Virus record (IMG/VR): IMGVR_UViG_2585427970_000003
Direction: 5' to 3' (one strand)
Source: a virus
Taxonomy: Duplodnaviria > Heunggongvirae > Uroviricota > Caudoviricetes
DNA: 51,664 nt
Below the pieces are notes generated by a model. It saw only the letters and a list, made by a program, of their open reading frames with translations, was not told the DNA's origin and searched no databases. Below, one piece after another: positions 33,057 to 43,863 of the stretch. Positions within the stretch are counted from its first letter, which is position 1. The number at the start of each line of letters is the position of its first letter. The position numbers and the translations under genes are program-made.

Positions 33057-35570
33057 ATGGCCAGAGTCAGGCGTCATTTTTCCGGTACGGAAACTGATGC
33101 GAAAAAAACAGCGGCAGTCGTTGAACAGTCGCTGAGCCGACAGGCGCTGGCTGCACAGAAAGCGGGGATTTCCGTCGGGCAGTATAAAGCCGCCATGCGT
33201 ATGCTGCCTGCACAGTTCACCGACGTGGCCACGCAGCTTGCAGGCGGGCAAAGTCCGTGGCTGATCCTGCTGCAACAGGGTGGTCAGGTTAAGGACTCCT
33301 TCGGCGGGATGATCCCCATGTTCAGGGGGCTTGCCGGTGCGATCACCCTGCCGATGGTGGGGGCCACCTCGCTGGCGGTGGCGACCGGTGCGCTGGCGTA
33401 TGCCTGGTATCAGGGCAACTCAACCCTGTCCGATTTCAACAAAACGCTGGTCCTTTCCGGCAATCAGGCGGGACTGACGGCAGATCGTATTCTGGTCCTG
33501 TCCAGAGCCGGGCAGGCGGCAGGGCTGACGTTTAACCAGACCAGCGAGTCACTGACGGCGCTGGTGAATGCCGGTGTGCGTGGTGGTGAGCAGTTTGAGG
33601 CGATCAGCCAGAGTGTGGCGCGTTTCTCCTCTGCATCCGGCGTGGAGGTGGACAAGGTCGCTGAAGCCTTCGGGAAGCTGACCACAGACCCGACGTCGGG
33701 ACTGACAGCGATGGCACGTCAGTTCCATAACGTGACGGCGGAGCAGATTGCGTATGTTGCTCAGTTGCAGCGTTCCGGAGATGAAGCCGGGGCATTGCAG
33801 GCGGCGAACGAGGCCGCAACGAAAGGGTTTGATGACCAGACCCGCCGCCTGAAAGAGAACATGGGCACGCTGGAGACCTGGGCAGACAGGACAGCACGGG
33901 CATTCAAATCCATGTGGGATTCGGTGCTGGATATTGGTCGCCCGGACACTGCCCAGGGAATGCTGGAGAAAGCAGAAAAGGCTTTTGATGAGGCGGACAA
34001 AAAATGGCAGTGGTATCAGAGCCGAAGCCACCGGCGCGGTAAAACCTCAGCATTTCTTGCCAATCTCCGGGGAGCATGGGAGGACAGAGCGAATGCGCAA
34101 CTTGGGCTTTCAGCCGCCACGTTGCAGGCTGATCTTGAAAAGGCCAGAGAGATGGCAGCAAAGGACTGGGCCGAGTCTGAGGCATCACGGCTGAAATATA
34201 CCGAAGAGGCGCAGAAGGCTTACGAACGCCTGCAGACGCCGCTGGAGAAATATACCGCCCGTCAGGAAGAACTGAACAAGGCACTGAAAGACGGGAAAAT
34301 CCTGCAGGCAGATTACAACACGCTGATGGCGGCGGCGAAAAAGGATTATGAAGCGACGCTGAAAAAGCCGAAACAGTCCGGCGTGAAAGTGTCTGCGGGC
34401 GATCGTCAGGAAGACAGTGCTCATGCTGCCCTGCTGACGCTTCAGGCTGAACTCCGGACGCTGGAGAAGCATGCCGGAGCAAATGAGAAAATCAGCCAGC
34501 AGCGCCGGGATTTGTGGAAGGCGGAGAGTCAGTTCGCGGTACTGGAGGAGGCGGCGCAACGTCGCCAGCTGTCCGCACAGGAGAAATCCCTGCTGGCGCA
34601 TAAAGATGAGACGCTGGAGTACAAACGCCAGCTGGCTGCACTTGGCGACAAGGTTACGTATCAGGAGCGCCTGAACGCGCTGGCGCAGCAGGCGGATAAG
34701 TTCGCACAGCAACAACGGGCAAAACGGGCAGCCATTGAGGCGAAAAACCGGGGGCTTACTGACCGGCAGGCAGCGCGGGAAGCCACAGAACAGCGCCTGA
34801 AGGAACAGTATGGCGATAATTCGCTGGCGCTGAATAACGTCATGTCAGAGCAGAAAAAGACCTGGGCGGCTGAAGACCAGCTTCGCGGGAGCTGGATGGC
34901 AGGCCTCAGGTCCGGCTGGAGTGAGTGGGAAGAGAGCGCCACGGACAGTATGTCGCAGGTTAAAAGTGCAGCCACGCAGACCTTTGATGGTATTGCGCAG
35001 AATATGGCGGCGATGCTGACCGGCAGTGAGCAGAACTGGCGCAGCTTCACCCGTTCCGTGCTGTCCATGATGACAGAAATTCTGCTTAAGCAGGCAATGG
35101 TGGGGATTGTCGGGAGTATCGGTAGCGCCATTGGCGGGGCTGTTGGTGGCGGCGCATCCGCATCAGGCGGTACAGCCATTCAGGCAGCTGCGGCGAAATT
35201 CCATTTTGCAACCGGAGGATTTACGGGAACCGGCGGCAAATATGAGCCAGCGGGGATTGTTCACCGTGGTGAATTTGTCTTCACGAAGGAGGCAACCAGC
35301 CGAATTGGTGTCGGCAACCTGTACCGCCTGATGCGGGGCTATGCGGAAGGTGGTTATGTGGGCGGTGCCGGAAGTCCGGCGCAGATGCGGCGGGCTGAAG
35401 GCATTAATTTTAATCAGAACAATCACGTGGTGATTCAGAACGACGGTACGAATGGTCTGCCAGGTCCACAGATGATGAAGGCAGTGTATGACATGGCCCG
35501 CAAGGGTGCCCGTGATGAAATTCAGGCACAGATGCGCGATGGTGGTCTGTTCTCCGGAGGTGGACGATGA
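33057..35570 (+). CDS. H: Tape measure protein H, N-terminally compromised
   Basis: Native start ATG 32991 is followed by GCT then TAA (32997..32999); longest intact ORF restarts at Met23 (33057), 837 aa, otherwise lambda gpH-like. Confidence 0.8.
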   Translation: MARVRRHFSGTETDAKKTAAVVEQSLSRQALAAQKAGISVGQYKAAMRMLPAQFTDVATQLAGGQSPWLILLQQGGQVKDSFGGMIPMFRGLAGAITLPMVGATSLAVATGALAYAWYQGNSTLSDFNKTLVLSGNQAGLTADRILVLSRAGQAAGLTFNQTSESLTALVNAGVRGGEQFEAISQSVARFSSASGVEVDKVAEAFGKLTTDPTSGLTAMARQFHNVTAEQIAYVAQLQRSGDEAGALQAANEAATKGFDDQTRRLKENMGTLETWADRTARAFKSMWDSVLDIGRPDTAQGMLEKAEKAFDEADKKWQWYQSRSHRRGKTSAFLANLRGAWEDRANAQLGLSAATLQADLEKAREMAAKDWAESEASRLKYTEEAQKAYERLQTPLEKYTARQEELNKALKDGKILQADYNTLMAAAKKDYEATLKKPKQSGVKVSAGDRQEDSAHAALLTLQAELRTLEKHAGANEKISQQRRDLWKAESQFAVLEEAAQRRQLSAQEKSLLAHKDETLEYKRQLAALGDKVTYQERLNALAQQADKFAQQQRAKRAAIEAKNRGLTDRQAAREATEQRLKEQYGDNSLALNNVMSEQKKTWAAEDQLRGSWMAGLRSGWSEWEESATDSMSQVKSAATQTFDGIAQNMAAMLTGSEQNWRSFTRSVLSMMTEILLKQAMVGIVGSIGSAIGGAVGGGASASGGTAIQAAAAKFHFATGGFTGTGGKYEPAGIVHRGEFVFTKEATSRIGVGNLYRLMRGYAEGGYVGGAGSPAQMRRAEGINFNQNNHVVIQNDGTNGLPGPQMMKAVYDMARKGARDEIQAQMRDGGLFSGGGR

Positions 35571-35896
35571 AGACCTTCCGCTGGAAAGTGAAACCCGGTA
35601 TGGATGTGGCTTCGGCCCCTTCCGTCAGGAAAGTGCGCTTTGGTGATGGCTATTCCCAGCGAGCGCCTGCCGGGCTGAATGCCAACCTGAAAACGTACAG
35701 CGTGACGCTTTCTGTTCCCCGTTGGGAGGCCACGGCGCTGGAGTCGTTTCTGGCTGAGCACGGGGGCTGGAAAGCCTTTCTGTGGACGCCGCCTTATGAG
35801 TGGCGGCAGATAAAGGTGACCTGCGCAAAATGGTCGTCGCGGGTCAGTATGCTGCGTGTTGAGTTCAGCGCAGAGTTTGAACAGGTGGTGAACTGA
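35567..35896 (+). CDS. M: Tail tip assembly protein M
   Basis: 109 aa MKTFRWKVKPGMDVASAPSVRKVRFGDGYSQRAPAGLNANLKTYSV... Confidence 0.85.
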   Translation: MKTFRWKVKPGMDVASAPSVRKVRFGDGYSQRAPAGLNANLKTYSVTLSVPRWEATALESFLAEHGGWKAFLWTPPYEWRQIKVTCAKWSSRVSMLRVEFSAEFEQVVN

Positions 35897-36594
35897 TGCA
35901 GGATATCCGGCAGGAAACACTGAATGAATGCACCCGTGCGGAGCAGTCGGCCAGCGTGGTGCTCTGGGAAATCGACCTGACAGAGGTCGGTGGAGAACGT
36001 TATTTTTTCTGTAATGAGCAGAACGAAAAAGGTGAGCCGGTCACCTGGCAGGGGCGACAGTATCAGCCGTATCCCATTCAGGGGAGTGGTTTTGAACTGA
36101 ATGGCAAAGGCACCAGTACGCGCCCCACACTGACGGTTTCTAACCTGTACGGTATGGTCACCGGGATGGCGGAAGATCTGCAGAGTCTGGTCGGTGGAAC
36201 GGTGGTCCGGCGTAAGGTTTACGCCCGTTTTCTGGATGCGGTGAACTTCGTCAACGGAAACAGTGGCGCCGATCCGGAGCAGGAGGTGATCAGCCGCTGG
36301 CGCATTGAGCAGTGCAGCGAACTGAGCGCGGTGAGTGCCTCTTTTGTACTGTCCACGCCGACGGAAACGGACGGTGCTGTTTTTCCGGGACGTATCATGC
36401 TGGCCAACACCTGCACCTGGACCTATCGCGGTGATGAGTGCGGTTATCACGGTCCGGCAGTCGCGGATGAATATGACCAGCCAACGTCCGATATCACGAA
36501 GGATAAATGCAGCAAATGCCTGAGCGGTTGTAAGTTCCGCAATAACGTCGGCAACTTTGGCGGCTTCCTTTCCATTAACAAACTTTCGCAGTAA
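35896..36594 (+). CDS. L: Tail tip protein L
   Basis: 232 aa, lambda gpL-like. Confidence 0.85.
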   Translation: MQDIRQETLNECTRAEQSASVVLWEIDLTEVGGERYFFCNEQNEKGEPVTWQGRQYQPYPIQGSGFELNGKGTSTRPTLTVSNLYGMVTGMAEDLQSLVGGTVVRRKVYARFLDAVNFVNGNSGADPEQEVISRWRIEQCSELSAVSASFVLSTPTETDGAVFPGRIMLANTCTWTYRGDECGYHGPAVADEYDQPTSDITKDKCSKCLSGCKFRNNVGNFGGFLSINKLSQ

Positions 36595-36599
36595 ATCCC

Positions 36600-37343
36600 A
36601 TGACACAGACAGAATCAGCGATTCTGGCGCACGCCCGGCGATGTGCGCCAGCGGAGTCGTGCGGCTTCGTGGTGAGAGCGCCGGAGGGGGAAAGATATTT
36701 TCCCGGCGTGAATATTTCCGGTGAGCCGGAGGATTATTTCCGGATGGCTCCGGAGGACTGGCTGCAGGCAGAAATGCAGGGTGAGATTGTGGCGCTGGTC
36801 CACAGCCACCCCGGTGGTCTGCCCTGGCTGAGTGAGGCTGACCGGCGGCTGCAGGTGCAGAGTGATTTGCCGTGGTGGCTGGTCTGCCGGGGGGCGATTC
36901 ATAAGTTCCGCTGTGTGCCGCATCTCACCGGGCGGCGCTTTGAGCACGGGGTGACGGACTGTTACACGCTGTTCCGGGATGCTTATCATCTGGCGGGGAT
37001 TGAGATGCCGGATTTTCATCGCGAGGATGACTGGTGGCGTCACGGTCAGAATCTCTATCTGGATAATCTGGAGGCCACAGGGCTGTATCAGGTGCCGTTG
37101 TCAGCGGCGCAGCCGGGCGATGTGCTGCTGTGCTGTTTTGGTTCATCGGTGCCGAATCATGCCGCCATTTACTGTGGTGACGGTGAGCTGCTGCACCATA
37201 TTCCTGAACAACTGAGTAAACGAGAGAGGTACACCGACAAATGGCAGCGACGCACACACTCCCTCTGGCGTCACCGGGAATGGCACGCATCTGCCTTTAC
37301 GGGGATTTGCAACGATTTGGCCGCCGCATCGACCTTCGTGTGA
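36600..37343 (+). CDS. K: Tail tip assembly protein K (JAMM/MPN plus NlpC/P60-type)
   Basis: MTQTESAILAHARRCAPAESCGFVV...; HSHPGG...SEAD metalloprotease-like motif. Confidence 0.8.
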   Translation: MTQTESAILAHARRCAPAESCGFVVRAPEGERYFPGVNISGEPEDYFRMAPEDWLQAEMQGEIVALVHSHPGGLPWLSEADRRLQVQSDLPWWLVCRGAIHKFRCVPHLTGRRFEHGVTDCYTLFRDAYHLAGIEMPDFHREDDWWRHGQNLYLDNLEATGLYQVPLSAAQPGDVLLCCFGSSVPNHAAIYCGDGELLHHIPEQLSKRERYTDKWQRRTHSLWRHREWHASAFTGICNDLAAASTFV

Positions 37344-37912
37344 AAACGGGGGCTGAAGCCATCCGCGCACTGGCCACACAGCTCCCGGCGTTTCGTCAGA
37401 AACTGAGCGACGGCTGGTATCAGGTACGGATTGCCGGGCAGGATGTCAGCACGTCCGGATTAACGGCGCAGTTACATGAGACTCTGCCTGATGGCGCTGT
37501 GATTCATATTGTTCCCAGAGTCGCCGGGGCCAAGTCTGGTGGTGTATTCCAGATTGTCCTGGGAGCAGCCGCCATTGCCGGATCATTCTTTACCGCCGGA
37601 GCCACCCTTGCAGCATGGGGGGCAGCCATTGGGGCCGGTGGTATGACCGGCATCCTGTTTTCTCTCGGTGCCAGTATGGTGCTCGGTGGTGTGGCGCAGA
37701 TGCTGGCACCGAAAGCCAGAACTCCCCGTACACAGACAACGGATAACGGCAAACAGAACACCTATTTCTCCTCACTGGATAACATGGTTGCCCAGGGCAA
37801 TGTTCTGCCTGTTCTGTACGGTGAAATGCGCGTGGGGTCACGCGTGGTTTCTCAGGAGATCAGCACGGCAGACGAAGGGGATGGTGGTCAGGTTGTGGTG
37901 ATTGGTCGCTGA
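37241..37912 (+). CDS. I: Tail tip assembly protein I
   Basis: 223 aa, lambda gpI-like; overlaps the 3' end of K. Confidence 0.8.
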   Translation: MAATHTLPLASPGMARICLYGDLQRFGRRIDLRVKTGAEAIRALATQLPAFRQKLSDGWYQVRIAGQDVSTSGLTAQLHETLPDGAVIHIVPRVAGAKSGGVFQIVLGAAAIAGSFFTAGATLAAWGAAIGAGGMTGILFSLGASMVLGGVAQMLAPKARTPRTQTTDNGKQNTYFSSLDNMVAQGNVLPVLYGEMRVGSRVVSQEISTADEGDGGQVVVIGR

Positions 37913-37972
37913 TGCAAAATGTTTTATGTGAAACCGCCTGCGGGCGGTTTTGTCGTTTATGGAGCGTGAGGA

Positions 37973-40900
37973 ATGGGTAAAGGCAGCAGTAAGGGGCATA
38001 CCCCGCGCGAAGCGAAGGACAACCTGAAGTCCACGCAGCTGCTGAGTGTGATCGATGCCATCAGCGAAGGGCCGGTTGAAGGTCCGGTGGACGGATTAAA
38101 AAGCGTGCTGCTGAACAGTACGCCGGTGCTGGACAGTGAGGGGAATACCAATATATCCGGCGTCACGGTGGTGTTCCGGACCGGTGAGCAGGAGCAGTCA
38201 CCGCCGGAGGGATTTGAATCCTCCGGCTCCGAGACGGTGCTGGGTACGGAAGTGAAATATGACACGCCGATCACCCGGACCATCACGTCGGCAAACATCG
38301 ACCGTCTGCGCTTTACCTTCGGTGTACAGGCACTGGTGGAAACCACCTCAAAGGGGGACCGGAATCCGTCGGAAGTCCGCCTGCTGGTTCAGATACAGCG
38401 TAATGGTGGCTGGGTGACGGAAAAAGACATCACCATTAAGGGCAAAACCACCTCGCAGTATCTGGCCTCGGTGGTGGTGGATAACCTGCCGCCGCGCCCG
38501 TTCAATATCCGGATGCGCAGGATGACGCCGGACAGCACCACAGACCAGCTGCAGAACAAAACGCTCTGGTCGTCATACACCGAAATCATCGATGTGAAAC
38601 AGGGCTACCCGAACACGGCACTGGTCGGCGTGCAGGTGGATTCGGAGCAGTTCGGCAGCCAGCAGGTGAGCCGTAATTATCATCTGCGCGGGCGTATTCT
38701 GCAGGTGCCGTCGAATTATAACCCGCAGACGCGGCAATACAGCGGTATCTGGGACGGAACGTTTAAACCGGCATACAGCAACAACATGGCCTGGTGTCTG
38801 TGGGATATGCTGACCCACCCGCGCTACGGCATGGGGAAACGTCTTGGTGCGGCAGATGTGGATAAATGGGCGCTGTATGTCATCGGCCAGAATTGCGACC
38901 AGTCGGTGCCGGACGGCTTTGGCGGCACGGAGCCGCGCATTACCTGTAATGCGTACCTGACCACACAGCGCAAGGCGTGGGATGTGCTCAGTGATTTCTG
39001 CTCGGCGATGCGCTGTATGCCGGTATGGAACGGGCAGACGCTGACGTTCGTGCAGGACCGACCGTCGGATAAGGTGTGGACCTATAACCGCAGTAATGTG
39101 GTGATGCCGGATGATGGCGCGCCGTTCCGCTACAGCTTCAGCGCCCTGAAGGACCGTCATAATGCCGTTGAGGTGAACTGGATTGACCCGAATAACGGCT
39201 GGGAGACGGCGACAGAGCTTGTGGAGGATACGCAGGCCATTGTCCGTTACGGTCGTAACGTCACGAAGATGGATGCCTTTGGCTGTACCAGCCGGGGGCA
39301 GGCGCACCGCGCCGGGCTGTGGCTGATTAAAACGGAACTGCTGGAAACGCAGACCGTGGACTTCAGCGTGGGTGCGGAAGGGCTTCGCCATGTACCGGGG
39401 GATGTCATTGAAATCTGCGATGATGACTATGCGGGTATCAGCATCGGCGGGCGCGTGCTGGCGGTGAACAGCCAGACCCGGACGCTGACGCTCGACCGTG
39501 AAATCACGCTGCCATCCTCCGGTACCACGCTGATAAGCCTGGTTGACGGAAGTGGCAATCCGGTCAGCGTGGAGGTCCAGTCCGTCACCGACGGCGTGAA
39601 GGTAAAAGTGAGCCGTGTTCCTGACGGCGTTGCCGGATACAGCGTGTGGGGGCTGAAGCTGCCGACGCTGCGCCAGCGCCTGTTCCGCTGCGTGAGTATC
39701 CGTGAGAACGATGACGGCACGTATGCCATCACCGCCGTGCAGCATGTACCGGAAAAAGAGGCCATCGTGGATAACGGGGCGCACTTTGACGGCGACCAGA
39801 GCGGCACGGTGAATGGTGTCACGCCGCCAGCGGTGCAGCACCTGACTGCCGAAGTCACCGCAGACAGCGGGGAATATCAGGTACTGGCCCGCTGGGACAC
39901 GCCGAAGGTGGTGAAGGGGGTGAGCTTTATGCTTCGCCTGACCGTGGCAGCGGATGACGGCAGTGAGCGGCTGGTCAGCACAGCCCGGACGGCGGAAACC
40001 ACATACCGCTTCACACAACTGGCGCTGGGGAACTACAGGCTGACAGTCCGGGCAGTAAATGCGTGGGGGCAGCAGGGCGATCCGGCATCGGTATCGTTCC
40101 GGATTGCCGCACCGGCAGCGCCGTCGCAGATTGAGCTGACACCGGGGTATTTTCAGATAACCGCCACGCCGCATCTTGCGGTTTATGATCCGACGGTACA
40201 GTTTGAGTTCTGGTTCTCGGAAAAGCGGATTGCGGATATCAGGCAGGTTGAAACCAGCGCGCGCTATCTTGGCACGGGGATGTACTGGATAGCCGCCAGT
40301 ATCAATATCAAACCGGGCCATGATTATTACTTTTATATCCGCAGTGTGAACACCGTTGGCAAATCGGCATTCGTGGAGGCTGTCGGTCAGGCGAGCGATG
40401 ATGCGGAAGGTTACCTGGATTTTTTCAAAGGCCAGATAACCGAATCCCATCTCGGCAAGGAGCTGCTGGAAAAAGTCGAGCTGACGGAGGATAACGCCAG
40501 CAAACTGGAGGAGTTTTCGAAAGAGTGGCAGGACGCTAACGATAAGTGGAATGCCATGTGGGGCGTCAAAATTGAGCAGACCAAAGACGGCAAACATTAT
40601 GTCGCGGGTATTGGCCTCAGCATGGAGGACACGGAAGAAGGTAAGCTGAGCCAGTTTCTGGTTGCCGCTAACCGTATCGCGTTTATTGAACCGGCAAACG
40701 GGAATGAAACGCCGATGTTTGTGGCGCAGGGCAATCAGATATTTATGAACGACGTGTTCCTGAAGCGCCTGACGGCCCCGACCATTACCAGCGGTGGAAA
40801 TCCACCGGCATTTTCCCTGACATCAGACGGAAAGCTGACCGCTAAAAATGCGGATATCAGTGGCAGTGTGAATGCGAACGCCGGGACGCTCAACAATGTC

Positions 40901-41446
40901 ACGGTAAATGAAAACTGTACGATTAAGGGCATGCTGGAGGCGACTCAGGTCAGAGGTGACTTCGTTAAAGCTGTATCCAAATCATTCCCGAAACAGGCTG
41001 GTACGTGGGGTAATACGGAAACACCAAACGGGACGGTTACAGTCACCATCAGCGATGATCATAACTTTGACCGTCAAATCATTATTCCGCCCATTATCTT
41101 TAACGGAATAGCGTATAGCGATCCGGGAAGTGGTAATAACCCGGGAGGTACAAGATACACGGGTTATGGTTTTGAAGTTCGCAAAAACGGTGTATTAATC
41201 GCATCCAGAGAAACTAAAGGGGCCATTCCCGGTAGCTACAGTGCGGTTATTGATATGCCGAGTGGCAGGGGAAGCGTCACTCTGGAGTTTAAGGTTTTCC
41301 ATAAAGGCAATCAGCGGGCAGGTAATATCACCGACTGTACGGTGATTGTGACCAAAAAAGCGGCTTCTGCGTATTTTCATGAAAGGAGATCACTCAATAA
41401 CTTCCATCGAGATCGGGTAATAACATTTGAACAGATCGCTGAATAA
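37973..41446 (+). CDS. J: Tail tip / host-specificity protein J, 3' end replaced by IS-derived sequence
   Basis: [43 protein letters not shown]...; the last 25 codons (from 41369) lie inside the left inverted repeat of an IS21-family element. Confidence 0.85.
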   Translation: MGKGSSKGHTPREAKDNLKSTQLLSVIDAISEGPVEGPVDGLKSVLLNSTPVLDSEGNTNISGVTVVFRTGEQEQSPPEGFESSGSETVLGTEVKYDTPITRTITSANIDRLRFTFGVQALVETTSKGDRNPSEVRLLVQIQRNGGWVTEKDITIKGKTTSQYLASVVVDNLPPRPFNIRMRRMTPDSTTDQLQNKTLWSSYTEIIDVKQGYPNTALVGVQVDSEQFGSQQVSRNYHLRGRILQVPSNYNPQTRQYSGIWDGTFKPAYSNNMAWCLWDMLTHPRYGMGKRLGAADVDKWALYVIGQNCDQSVPDGFGGTEPRITCNAYLTTQRKAWDVLSDFCSAMRCMPVWNGQTLTFVQDRPSDKVWTYNRSNVVMPDDGAPFRYSFSALKDRHNAVEVNWIDPNNGWETATELVEDTQAIVRYGRNVTKMDAFGCTSRGQAHRAGLWLIKTELLETQTVDFSVGAEGLRHVPGDVIEICDDDYAGISIGGRVLAVNSQTRTLTLDREITLPSSGTTLISLVDGSGNPVSVEVQSVTDGVKVKVSRVPDGVAGYSVWGLKLPTLRQRLFRCVSIRENDDGTYAITAVQHVPEKEAIVDNGAHFDGDQSGTVNGVTPPAVQHLTAEVTADSGEYQVLARWDTPKVVKGVSFMLRLTVAADDGSERLVSTARTAETTYRFTQLALGNYRLTVRAVNAWGQQGDPASVSFRIAAPAAPSQIELTPGYFQITATPHLAVYDPTVQFEFWFSEKRIADIRQVETSARYLGTGMYWIAASINIKPGHDYYFYIRSVNTVGKSAFVEAVGQASDDAEGYLDFFKGQITESHLGKELLEKVELTEDNASKLEEFSKEWQDANDKWNAMWGVKIEQTKDGKHYVAGIGLSMEDTEEGKLSQFLVAANRIAFIEPANGNETPMFVAQGNQIFMNDVFLKRLTAPTITSGGNPPAFSLTSDGKLTAKNADISGSVNANAGTLNNVTVNENCTIKGMLEATQVRGDFVKAVSKSFPKQAGTWGNTETPNGTVTVTISDDHNFDRQIIIPPIIFNGIAYSDPGSGNNPGGTRYTGYGFEVRKNGVLIASRETKGAIPGSYSAVIDMPSGRGSVTLEFKVFHKGNQRAGNITDCTVIVTKKAASAYFHERRSLNNFHRDRVITFEQIAE

Positions 41447-41560
41447 CATCGATGGAGATCACTTTTGACTCATTTTGTTATTCAGTGATCTCCATCAATG
41501 TTATTGGAACTTCACAGGTGTGTTGATCTGTATCTTTTGCCATTCCGGTAAAGGATACCT

Positions 41561-43102
41561 ATGCCAACAGTTCCAATTTCTATGAGAAAACTTAAAGAAA
41601 TTCTTAGGCTTAAATACGGTGTTGGACTCAGCCATCGACAAATTGGTCGTAGTCTTGCAATCTCCCCTTCCGTTGTATCCAGATATGCTAATCGGGCGGC
41701 TCAACTTGGCATAAAGCAGTGGCCCTTACCTACAGGATGGGATGATACAAAACTAAAACATGCGTTCCTTCAGACCCAGGTTAAGATGAAGAAGCACTCT
41801 CTGCCTGACTGGGCTACAGTACACCGGGAACTGCGTAATAAATGCGTGACGCTGCAGCTACTCTGGGAAGAATACTGTGAGCGTAATCCAGGCGGTTTTT
41901 ACAGCTATAACCATTACTGCCGGATGTACCGTGAATGGCTCAAAACCACTTCACCATCAATGCGTCAGGTACATAAAGCTGGCGAAAAACTTTTCGTTGA
42001 TTACTGTGGACCTACCGTTGGCGTTACCGACCCTGAGACCGGAGAAATAAGAACTGCTCAGGTCATCGTAGCTGTTCTCGGGGCATCAAGTTACACATGG
42101 GCAGAGGCCACCTGGTCTCAGCAGCTTGAAGACTGGGTGATGAGTCATGTTCGCTGCTTCCAGTGGTTGGGTGGCGTTCCTGAACTTGTTGTTCCGGACA
42201 ATCTGAAAAGCGCCACATCCAGGGCATGTAAGTATGATCCTGACGTTAACCCTACCTACCAGCAGATGCTTGAGCATTATAATGTCGCAGTTTTGCCTGC
42301 GCGGCCACGTAAACCGAAAGATAAAGCCAAAGCTGAAGTTGGCGTTCAGGTTGTTGAACGCTGGATCATGGCCCGAATCAGGCATGAGATCTTCTACAGC
42401 CTTGCATCGCTTAATCAGCGCATTCGGGAGTTGCTGGAAAGACTGAATAACAAAATAATGCAGAAGTTGGGTTATTCACGTGCAGAACTCTTCATCCAGC
42501 TTGATAAACCCGCACTGAAGCCTCTTCCTGAAGCCAGTTACAGTTACACCCTGGTGAAGAAAGTCAGAGTTCATGCCGATTACCACGTGGAAATCGACAA
42601 ACATTACTACTCGGTTCCATGTTCGCTGTTAGGCCAGCAACTGGAAGCATGGATCTCCGGAGAACTGGTAAGACTCTTCAATCAGGGGCAGGAGGTTGCT
42701 GTGCACCCGCGCAAGCGTACTTATGGCTACAGTACCCGCAACGAGCACATGCCTGAAGCTCATCGACAGCATGCCACCTGGACGCCAGAGCGTCTTCTGG
42801 AATGGGCGGGGCACATAGGCAGTGAAACTCATAGTTATGTGCTTCATATACTGAACTCTCGTCCACATCCGGAACAAAGCTATCGCTTCTGCCTTGGACT
42901 CCTGAACCTTCATAAAAAATACAGTAAAGCCAGACTTAATGCAGCATGTGCAAGAGCTCTGAAAACAAAGGTATGGCGTCTGTCAGGTATTAAATCGATC
43001 CTGGAAAAAGGTCTGGATAAACAACCTGTTCAGGATCCAAAACCAGATCTGTTATCCACGATGGAACACGAAAACGTACGCGGCAGTGAGTATTACCACT
43101 GA
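41561..43102 (+). CDS. istA: IS21-family transposase IstA
   Basis: 513 aa; N-terminal HTH then integrase-core-like catalytic region. Confidence 0.8.
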   Translation: MPTVPISMRKLKEILRLKYGVGLSHRQIGRSLAISPSVVSRYANRAAQLGIKQWPLPTGWDDTKLKHAFLQTQVKMKKHSLPDWATVHRELRNKCVTLQLLWEEYCERNPGGFYSYNHYCRMYREWLKTTSPSMRQVHKAGEKLFVDYCGPTVGVTDPETGEIRTAQVIVAVLGASSYTWAEATWSQQLEDWVMSHVRCFQWLGGVPELVVPDNLKSATSRACKYDPDVNPTYQQMLEHYNVAVLPARPRKPKDKAKAEVGVQVVERWIMARIRHEIFYSLASLNQRIRELLERLNNKIMQKLGYSRAELFIQLDKPALKPLPEASYSYTLVKKVRVHADYHVEIDKHYYSVPCSLLGQQLEAWISGELVRLFNQGQEVAVHPRKRTYGYSTRNEHMPEAHRQHATWTPERLLEWAGHIGSETHSYVLHILNSRPHPEQSYRFCLGLLNLHKKYSKARLNAACARALKTKVWRLSGIKSILEKGLDKQPVQDPKPDLLSTMEHENVRGSEYYH

Positions 43103-43113
43103 TACGGGATCCA

Positions 43114-43863
43114 ATGATGAATCATCTTTACGAACAACTGACCGCACTTAAACTCACCGGCTTCCGTGATGCGCTTAAAAAGCAACTTGCTCAGCCGGGC
43201 ACATACCAGGAGCTGGGCTTCGAAGAACGCCTGTCATTACTGACAGCAGAAGAACTAACCTGCCGTGAAAACAGGAAGGCAGAGCGTCTGATCAAACATG
43301 CACGGTTCAGACTTAATGCTGAGTTATCAAAGCTGGATTATCGTAACAATAGAGGGCTGGACAGGGCCCTCATCCGTTCACTCAGTCAGGGAAACTGGTT
43401 AACCCTGAAACAAAATATTTTACTGACCGGGGCCACCGGCAGCGGTAAAACGTTCCTGGCATGTGCACTTGGTCATAATGCCTGCCGACAGGGATACAAG
43501 GTCTACTATTATCGCCTTAAAGCGCTGATGGAACAGTGCTATCAGGGGCATGCTGATGGAAGATACAGCAAACTTTTGACCAGGCTGAATAATAGCGATC
43601 TGCTGCTTCTGGATGACTGGGGGCTGGAACCTCTCTCATCAGAACAGCGTAGCGACCTGCTGGAAATAGTGGATCTGATGTACCAACGAGGCTCAATCAT
43701 CGTAGTGAGCCAGTTGCCGGTGGAAAACTGGTACAAAATGATCGGAGACTCCACACATGCGGATGCCATCCTAGATCGACTGGTTCATGGCAGTATCAAG
43801 ATCGAACTTAAAGGAGAATCAATGCGGAAAATACAATCTCCGTTGACCGAAGGAGATCAGTGA
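43114..43863 (+). CDS. istB: IS21-family ATP-binding helper IstB
   Basis: 249 aa; Walker A GATGSGKT, Walker B LLLLDDWG. Confidence 0.85.
   Translation: MMNHLYEQLTALKLTGFRDALKKQLAQPGTYQELGFEERLSLLTAEELTCRENRKAERLIKHARFRLNAELSKLDYRNNRGLDRALIRSLSQGNWLTLKQNILLTGATGSGKTFLACALGHNACRQGYKVYYYRLKALMEQCYQGHADGRYSKLLTRLNNSDLLLLDDWGLEPLSSEQRSDLLEIVDLMYQRGSIIVVSQLPVENWYKMIGDSTHADAILDRLVHGSIKIELKGESMRKIQSPLTEGDQ

Noticed and set aside
38573-40597. 674-aa minus-strand ORF and similar long antisense ORFs within J, A, B, H
   Set aside because: They are embedded antisense in GC-rich structural genes whose sense-strand products are lambda-like; no start signals or independent motifs.
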